NCBI RefSeq assembly: GCF_006345805.1
Contig: NW_021833605.1
Span: 1 to 57,546, forward strand
Source: Octopus sinensis
Taxonomy: Eukaryota
Direction of reading: 5' to 3'
Length of the DNA: 57,546 bases
The number at the start of each line of letters is the position of its first letter. Positions within the stretch are counted from its first letter, which is position 1. The notes beneath the pieces are model-generated. The model was not told the DNA's origin. It ran no database searches and worked only from the letters and a program-made list of their open reading frames with translations. Shown piece after piece: positions 49,213-57,546 of this stretch. The position numbers and the translations under genes were made by a program.

Positions 49213-49450
49213 TTGCATGTATGTATGTATTTGTATATGTTTGTGTAACTGTGTTTGTCACCCACCCACCTCATTGCTTCAAAATCGATGTTGGTGTGTT
49301 TACGTCCCTGTAATTTAACAGTTCTGCAAAAGAAACAAATAGAATAAGTACTAGGCTTACCAAGAATAAGTCCTAGGGTTAATTCATTCGACTAATGGCA
49401 GTGCTCCAGCATGCCCACAATCAAATGACTAAAAAAAAAATAAAAGAATA
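49008..49450 (+). mobile_element. SINE F1 (another headless copy at 49808-50126)
   Basis: Colinear with 42888-43293. Confidence 0.85.
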
Positions 49451-49530
49451 ACAGAGAAAAATACATATACATACACACAAACATACATACACTCACACAC
49501 TTATATACATACATAAATATATATATGTAT

Positions 49531-49571
<41 letters not shown>

Positions 49572-50220
49572 GACCAATATGGGAATTTACAACTTGTCGT
49601 ACACCCTAGTGTGTACCAACAATATTACTATTCAAAGTAACACATGATTTGGACCAGCCCCTAGGGGCTAAATATGCACAGGGCTGGTTTTCTCGGTGTA
49701 CACAACCGGAATACCTTATTTAATACTTACCAACCATAGGCCAGAGCTACAGGTTTATCCAACCCTACCTGGTGCATATCTTTTCAAGTACCTGATTCTA
49801 TCTGAATCCTTGGGCAAGTGTCTTCACCAAAGGCTTGCTAGTGGATTTGGTAGACAGAAACTGAAAGAAGCTTGTTGCATACACACATACATACATGTGT
49901 GTGTGTGTGTCCGTGTGTCCTTGTGGTTGTCCCTACCACTGCTTGACAACTGGTGTCGGTGTGTTTATGTCCCTCTAACCTAGCAGTCCGACAAAAGTAA
50001 TCAGTATAATAAATACCAGGTTTAAAAAATAAAAGGTACTAGGGTTGATTCATTTGACTGAAATTCCCCAGGCTAGTGCCCCAGCATGGCCACAGTCTAA
50101 TGACAAACAAATAAACGCTAAAAGATAAATGATGTATAAAAATTAGAATAATATGAATATAAGTTTATATTTACGTATTTATGTAATACGTATGTATGCA
50201 TTTATAGGCATACATACACA

Positions 50221-50307
50221 TACACAGATATACATGCATACATATATATATATGTATGTATGTATACATATATACATATGCATACATATATATATATACA
50301 TATATGC

Positions 50308-50342
<35 letters not shown>

Positions 50343-50418
50343 TACATATATATGCATACATATATACATACATACATATATATATATGTTTTGCAAAATA
50401 GTGGTTTTGTCTCTAATA

Positions 50419-50460
<42 letters not shown>

Positions 50461-50588
50461 CATATATATGTATGTATATGTGTGTATATATATATATGTA
50501 TATATATATGCATATATGTATATATATATGTATGCATATGTATATATGTATACATACATATATATATGTATGCATGTATATCTGTGTA
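50221..50588. repeat. Fold-back inverted duplication: ~135-bp arms (50221-50359 / 50456-50588)
   Basis: The right arm reverse-complements to the left arm motif by motif, differing mainly in TA-run lengths. Confidence 0.85.
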
Positions 50589-51044
50589 TATATATATATA
50601 TATACACATGCACACATACACACACACATATACATATATATAGACACATACACATTCATATACGCACACATATAAATATATACATATATACATACACACA
50701 TATAAACACATACATATCTATATCCATCCATACTTACATACATACACACGTGCGCACGCACACACACACACACACACCACACATACACACACATGTAGAC
50801 ACAATACAAACAAAATTAATTTTATCTCTTCCCCCTCCCCTCAATCCCTTACGTAATTCCTGAAAAGGAAATGTTTGCTTATTTATATACTTTTTTTTTA
50901 CTTGTTTATTTTTGTATTTCTTTCTTTCATTATTTATTGATTGATTTTTTTTTTTTTTAATTTTGGAATTTTTGCCAGATTTTTTTTCCTCTCTTCTTTT
51001 GAATACTTCGATCTATTAGAAACACATAACATTCTATTTCATTT

Positions 51045-51555
51045 GGTGATGATGGTGGTGGAGGTGGTGGTGGTGGTGGTGGTGTGGATGATGATGATGA
51101 TAGATGTCATCTTTGTTGCTGTCATCGTCATCATTGTCATCGCCATCCTCATGATAATTACAAATCCTTCACTTCTCTTCTTCTCCTCTTCCTTTCTCAC
51201 CATTCCTCCTATCGCTATCATCATCATCATCGTCCTCATCACCATAACAACCACCACCACTGCTACTACCACCACCACCGCCACCACCCTCCACCTCCTC
51301 ATTATCATCATCATCCATGTTATCAACATCATCGTCCTCATTACCATAACCACCACCACCACCACCATCACAACGACAGTCACCACCGCTTTCCTCCTCC
51401 TACTCCTCAACTACATCAACATCATCAACTACATCAGCACCATTGTTATCACCATCATTACAATAATTTTGACTCTTACACTGCCTCTCATTCTTCTCCT
51501 TTACCTCCATCCCCATCATCACCATCACCATCATCATCATCATCACCACCACTTT
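51045..51555. repeat. (GGT)/(CAT)/(CAC) trinucleotide block
   Basis: Directly visible. Confidence 0.9.
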
Positions 51556-52321
51556 TTGTTTCATTCTTTTAAACTCTGCTTGGTATGTCATGCTGTTACG
51601 GTTTGCTAGATCTACAATTCCATATCCATCCACATTTCCCCCTCAGTGTTGTGAATGAACTGCTTCATTTCAGCTTCTCCCTTCCCACCACACTCGCTGT
51701 ACCATCTTTCCACAACTAAATTGTGATATTCAATTTTCAGTTAGCTTACATTTAATCTGCCTTGCCTCACTTCACTCTCATAGACTGTAACATACTGGCA
51801 TCCAATCCAGGAGAAGATTTATCTCGCATCACAGAGTCTTTGTGGTGATACACTATATTCTGCATTGCCTCAGTACTCCTGGACAGTCAACAGGTCTCTA
51901 GAATCTGGATGTGGTCTACCCTTGGGCAGGTCCTATGCATTTGAACCTTCTTCTGTACTCTCTATACAATCTAGAAGGGTCCATACCCTCCCTTGCTGTT
52001 GTTGGGTAGGTTACTGGAATGTAATCTACCATGCCTAAACTTGGAATAAATACTGGAATAAATACTGGAGTGGTTCTTTATTGCTTGCTCCAGGCAGGTG
52101 CAATTTCAACTAAGAATGTATAGAACCAGGAAATATACCATAAAGCATCTTTGCTGACATACCAAAGATTCTGCCACTTTCCCACCTGAAGAACAACATA
52201 AAATGAAATGTTTTGCTCAAGAACACAATGTGCTGCCCAGTCCTAGAATTGAACTCATGATCTAGTGATTATGAGTGGAACAACCTAACACTTAGGCCAC
52301 ACACATTCACTGTCAACAGGT

Positions 52322-52642
52322 AAAAAGAGTAAAGAGTAAAGACTCCCTTCGGTCATGAATGACCATGGGATTGCACCTAGAAAGGCAAAAGCCTTGCTTG
52401 TTTGTGGAAGGGCAGCAGTCTCCCCTCTCCACGCCACCGATGTCATCCAAAGGAAAGGCAAAGGGGCCGATACAGCCTGGCACCAGTGATGTTGCAACTC
52501 ATTTCTACAGCTGAGTGAACTGGAGCAATGTGAAATAAAGTGTCTTGCTCAAGAACACAACACATAGCCCAGTCCAGGAATGGAACTAACTACCTCATGA
52601 TTGTGAGCCCAACGCTCTAATCACTGTACCATGTGCCTTCAC
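52322..52642 (-). mobile_element. CORE-type SINE, near full length
   Basis: Reverse complement has a tRNA-like head, tgtgttcttgagcaagacacttta..ctccagttcactcagctg and a ctttactcttt tail. Confidence 0.8.
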
Positions 52643-52674
52643 TATCAACAGATACCACCAAATAAACAGAGGAA

Positions 52675-53111
52675 TGTTACCTGTGATTAACTAATGTCCT
52701 ACCCAAGGGGAGTTTCATCTCTCATTATAGTGTCTCTGAGGTGGTACATTATGTTCTACAATACCTCAGTACATCCAAGCTCTCAATAAGCATCATCTAT
52801 CATCTGAGAATATTACCTGCGATTAACTGGTATCCTATCCAGGAAGACATTTATCTCTCATCATAGCGTTACGGTGGTGGGACCATGTATTGTATTCCAC
52901 ATTATCTCAGTACATCCTAACTGTAAATTGGTGCCATCAGATCATCTGAGAATACTTATATGTAATTGACTGATGTCCTATCCAGGAGGAGAAGTAACTC
53001 TCATCACATTGTCATTGCAATGGTACCTTTATATTCTGCATTATCTCAATTCTCCCTGACTATCAGTAAGGTACCAGCAAATCTTCCTGAAATGTTACCT
53101 GTGATAGACTG
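52675..53111. repeat. Degenerate tandem array, ~140-bp unit x3 plus a partial
   Basis: Units start at 52675, 52811, 52953 and 53093 with ttacctg.gatt.actg..tcctatccagg; an isolated unit lies at ~51795-51880. Confidence 0.75.
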
Positions 53112-53282
53112 TCATCATCATCATCATCATCGTTTAGCGTCTGCTTTCCATGCTGGCATGGGTTGGACGGTTCAACTGGGGTCTGGGAAGGCAGAAGGCT
53201 GCACCAGGCCCAGTCTGATCTGGCAATGTTTCTACGGCTGGATGCCCTTCCTAATGCCAACCACTCCATGAGTGTAGTGCAT
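53112..53282 (-). mobile_element. RTE-type 3' tail repeat F3
   Basis: (cat)n plus reverse complement of the F3 consensus; interrupts the 140-bp array. Confidence 0.85.
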
Positions 53283-54011
53283 TCTCTTAAGGAGAATTTT
53301 GATGATAATAATGATGATGATAATAACAAGGATGATGATGATTATGATAATGATAATGATGATGATGAATGATGAAGATGACAGCGATGACAAAACAAAA
53401 ATACAAACACATTTCTGTTGGTTTAACCAATTGTTTTATCCGAATCAGTCCTGTTTGCCTTTTAAATCTTGGTCAGTCTGACACAAACATATTTTAACCT
53501 TCAGGTTTTAATAACCTGCCATCTTAAGTCTTCTCCTGATGTCTTCTTTACTGGTCCCTCTATCAGTCTATCTATTTATCTGTCACGGACGTGGACTAAA
53601 CTGAACTGAAAGTATCTTGTGTTGCTTCTTGTTTCATTTTTTTTTTGTCTGATTTACTATTAGCTTTTGTTTTTTTTTGCAAATTTTCTTTGAGGCTGTC
53701 TGAATAACTTGTGTTGCCGTACATGGTCTTAAGGTCTTAACCAGTCAACCTGTAGATATTTATACAATGTGTGTTCATGTAGTGTATGTGTGTGTGTGTG
53801 TGTGTGAGTGTATAATATATATGTATAAGTGGGTATGTATGCATGCAGATTTGTTTGTAGGTGTATATGTAGTATATTGATACATACATTCTCATATCTT
53901 ACATACTCGTAAACCAAACCCAATCTTTTCAAAGACGCACGCACCCCTATATACACATTTACATGCAGTCATTGCACACATACACACACACAGAGTCATT
54001 ACACTTGTATT

Positions 54012-54019
<8 letters not shown>

Positions 54020-54087
<68 letters not shown>

Positions 54088-54629
54088 CGTATGTGTAATG
54101 AGTGGTATATATATGCATACACACATACATATATATGTATGTATGTGCATATGTATATATATGCACACACAAACATACATACATACATACATACATACAT
54201 GCATACATACATACATACATACATACATACTTACATACATACATACATATATATACACACACACACATACACTAATGATTCTACACTCATATCTTCTCTT
54301 TCCATCCATGAATTGTCTCAAACACACATTATCCGTCACCTTCCATTTTTTTCTTTCTTTGTCTCTTTCTTCTTAAACTTCACCCTCTCTTCCTCTCTCC
54401 CTGTTCTGTCTCTCCACCTCTCTCTCTCTCTCTCTCTCTCTTACACTTATTCTCAATATTTTTCTATCTCTCCATACATCTGCCTATCTCTTTCTCACTC
54501 CCACCTTTTTCCACGTTTCTCTCTTTCTCTTTGACCTTCTTATTCTCTATCTTCCTCCCTCTGTCTCTCTCCACATATCTCTCTCCCACGCTCTATTCTC
54601 CATCCTACTACTTCTCTTTCTTTCTCCAC

Positions 54630-54664
<35 letters not shown>

Positions 54665-56161
54665 CCTCTCTCTCAACCTTTTTCTTCATCTCTCTCCCTC
54701 CCTCTCTCAACGCATCTCTCTATCATTCTTACTTCCTCACTTCCTTCTCTCTCGTCCCACCTTACCCTACCCTCTACCCTCTACACTCCTCTCCACTCCA
54801 CTCCACTCCGCTCCGCCACCTTGCTGTGTTACAAAAATCTCCTTCAGCATCCTGTTGGACAAATGAACAAACGAGATGGAAAGATGGGTGGATGGAGGGG
54901 TCCAAGGAAGCTGGGAAGGAGGCTGTAGCATGGAAGAATGGACGGATGTGTAAAGGTGGGGTCCTTTAGATGGCAGCAATGATGGTAGTGATGATGGTGG
55001 TGGTGGTGGTGGTGGTCGTGGTGGTGGTGGTGGTGATGATAGTGGTGATGGTGATGGTTGTTGTGGCGGTGAAGATGATAGTAATATCTGGTGGTAGTGA
55101 TGGTAGTGATGACGGTGGTGGTGGTAACAATCGTAGTGGTTGTGGTGATGATGGTGATGGTGATGGTTGTTGTGGTGGTGAAGATGATAGTAATATCTGG
55201 TGGTAGTGATGGTAGTGATGATGATGGTGGTGGTGGTAACGATCGTAGTGGTTGTGGTGATGAAGGTGATGGTGATGGTGGCCATGGTGGTGGTGGTGAT
55301 GGTAGTGCTGTGACGTGATAGTGGAGGTGATGATGATGGTGGTGATGGTGCCGGCAGCAGTGGCTATGGTGGTGGCCATGGTGATGGTGGTAGTAGTGGT
55401 GATAAAGATGATGATGATGATGCTGAAGGCGATGAGGAATGGTTTGTGGGTTCCTGTATGAGAATATGTGTGTATCTGTGTACATGTGTGTATGAGAGTA
55501 TGTGTATATGAATGTGTATGTATGTGTGTGTGTGTGTGTTTCAGAAGGAATCAGTATGTGTGACTGTGAGTTTCGTACGCTTGTGTGTACGCATATGTGC
55601 GTAAATGTATGTGTATATGTATGTGTGTATAATTGTGTGTTGCTCTGTGTATGTTGCAGTGTATATATGTGTTTTTTGTGTGGGTGTCTGTATGGATCAA
55701 TATATGTGTCTATGTGTGTTAGCAAGTGTGTATATGCGTGTGTGCATGTGTGTCTGTGTGTGTCTATGTGTTTTTCAGCATATACGTGTGTTGGTGATGT
55801 TAGTGTCTATGTGTGTGCATGTGTGTATGCATGTGTCTATGTGTGTATGTGTGTATACACGTGCCTGTGTGTGTGTGTTTTTGCGTCTGTGTTGGTGATG
55901 GGAATAGTTTGTACATGGGTATGTGTGTGTATTTGTCAGTGTGTATGCATGTGTGTATATGCACATGTGTTAATGTTTGTATATATGTGTATCTATATGT
56001 GTATTGGTGTGTGTGTGTGTGCGACTGTTATTGTCAATGTATGTATGTGTGTACGAGTATATATCTCTATGATGTGTATGTACATGTGAGCGTGTATATG
56101 CATGATGTGTATGTTTGTAGATGTATGAGTATGTATGTGTATATATGTGTGTATGCATGTG

Positions 56162-56195
<34 letters not shown>

Positions 56196-56306
56196 ATTTA
56201 TGTAAACAAGCATTAATCGGTCGGAAGCGCCAACAAAAATACTGTTTGTTTTTCTTTCTTCATCTGTAATGAAGGAAAATGGTTTCTTTCTGCAAACGTA
56301 CACACA

Positions 56307-56348
<42 letters not shown>

Positions 56349-56457
56349 TCTACACATACTCACACAGGTTTCTCACATGTACACATACATATAGATATAT
56401 ATATATATATACACACAAATACAGATATTTGTATGCATATATATACATACATATGTA

Positions 56458-56503
<46 letters not shown>

Positions 56504-56654
56504 GAGAGAGAGTAAGAGAGAGATAACATTGACTGCTCCACATAGAGAAAGAGAGACAGAAGACATAGAGTGAAAGAAAAAAAGAAAGAAAGAAAAGAAG
56601 GAAGATAGTAACATTGTATGTTTGCATTGTAATAAAGTCAAAAGAGAAGAAAGC

Positions 56655-56689
<35 letters not shown>

Positions 56690-57062
56690 GGAGAGAGAGT
56701 GAAACAGTGAAATGCAATAAAAGAAGAGAGAGAGGAGTGAGACTGAGAAATGCAAGTGAGAGAGAGAGAGATGAAGAAAGAGATAGAGGCAGAGAGAGAG
56801 AGATTGATCGAGAGGGAGGGAAAGAGAGATTAAAGGCAGTGGCCCTTGAAAGATGTGACAGAAGATAGTGGGGTGTGTGGGTGGTTGGATGGGTGGGTGG
56901 GTGGAAGGGGAGGCGGAATGTGGCACAAAAATAATATTGCAACCAGAAGAGCTTTGACTGCAATGTGAAGGTGCAGCCGAGATCAATACAAGGACTGCCA
57001 CCCACACCCACACACTCTGTCCCCATACCACTGCCCTTCCACCCCAACCTCCTTCTCCTGCT

Positions 57063-57094
<32 letters not shown>

Positions 57095-57546
57095 TGTCTT
57101 GACATCCTTTGCCATCCACTGCTCCCAGTTTTGTTGACATTGCTATAGCAATGATTATGATGATGGTGGTGGTGGTGGTGATGACGATGGTGAAAATAAT
57201 GTGGAGGATGATGCTGATGATGATGGCAAAGGTAGTGATGATGATGATGATGACAACAGTGAAAATGATGTTGATGAAGATGATGATGATGAGGGCAATG
57301 ACGATGATGATGATGGTGGCAGTGGTGATGGTGGTGGTGATGCTGATGATGATGTGGATGGTCATCTTGATAATGAAGATGATGATGGTGATGACAACAA
57401 CAATGAAGATGGTAGCTGTGACACTGGTTGCCAGCTTCACCATCATCATCATCATCATCATCATCACCATCTCCACCATCACCATCATTGTCCTCCACTT
57501 CCTCCTGTTCCTCCTCTTCATCATCATCATCATCATAAAAATGATG
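54020..57546. repeat. Terminal low-complexity region: TA/TACA, CT, GGT/GAT (109-bp duplication at ~55060-55290), TG, GA
   Basis: Directly visible; gaagatgatagtaatatctgg at 55071 and 55180. Confidence 0.9.

Noticed and set aside
1326-57536. Long ORFs rich in YI, HT, VC, LSIY, poly-V/T/H/P (e.g. 5462-6220, 23041-23865, 29288-30433, 56373-57536)
   Set aside because: Direct translations of di-, tri- and tetranucleotide repeats that lack stop codons; open in several frames and both strands, with no splice or domain support.

Overview
AT-rich animal genomic DNA dominated by microsatellites and repeats. The repeat content (tRNA/CORE-type SINEs, (GAT)n-tailed RTE-type 3' ends, long TA/TATC/CA/CAT tracts) resembles a coleoid cephalopod, probably Octopus; this is my inference from family recognition, not a database result. 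Nearly all ORFs in the supplied track are translated microsatellites. The one convincing host gene starts on the + strand at 28723: a 72-codon first exon with a GC-rich leader, AAAATGG start context and a GTAAGT donor. Phase-compatible candidate exons follow at 40484, 42459 and, weakly, 48841; I cannot name the protein. The rest is decayed mobile DNA: Tc1/mariner remnants of DD41D, DD37D and D34D types, MITEs (piggyBac, Tc1, pogo-like), two CR1-type LINE pieces, two distinct Penelope-like GIY-YIG remnants and many SINEs. The most interesting signal is a set of minimal type I hammerhead-ribozyme-like motifs of the Penelope pLTR kind. The best preserved (36365-36408, minus strand) sits directly behind a Pol III tRNA-like head and is bracketed by an inverted end duplication, suggesting a ribozyme-bearing, Penelope-mobilised SINE/retrozyme. 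Coordinates of decayed repeats are approximate (tens of bp).
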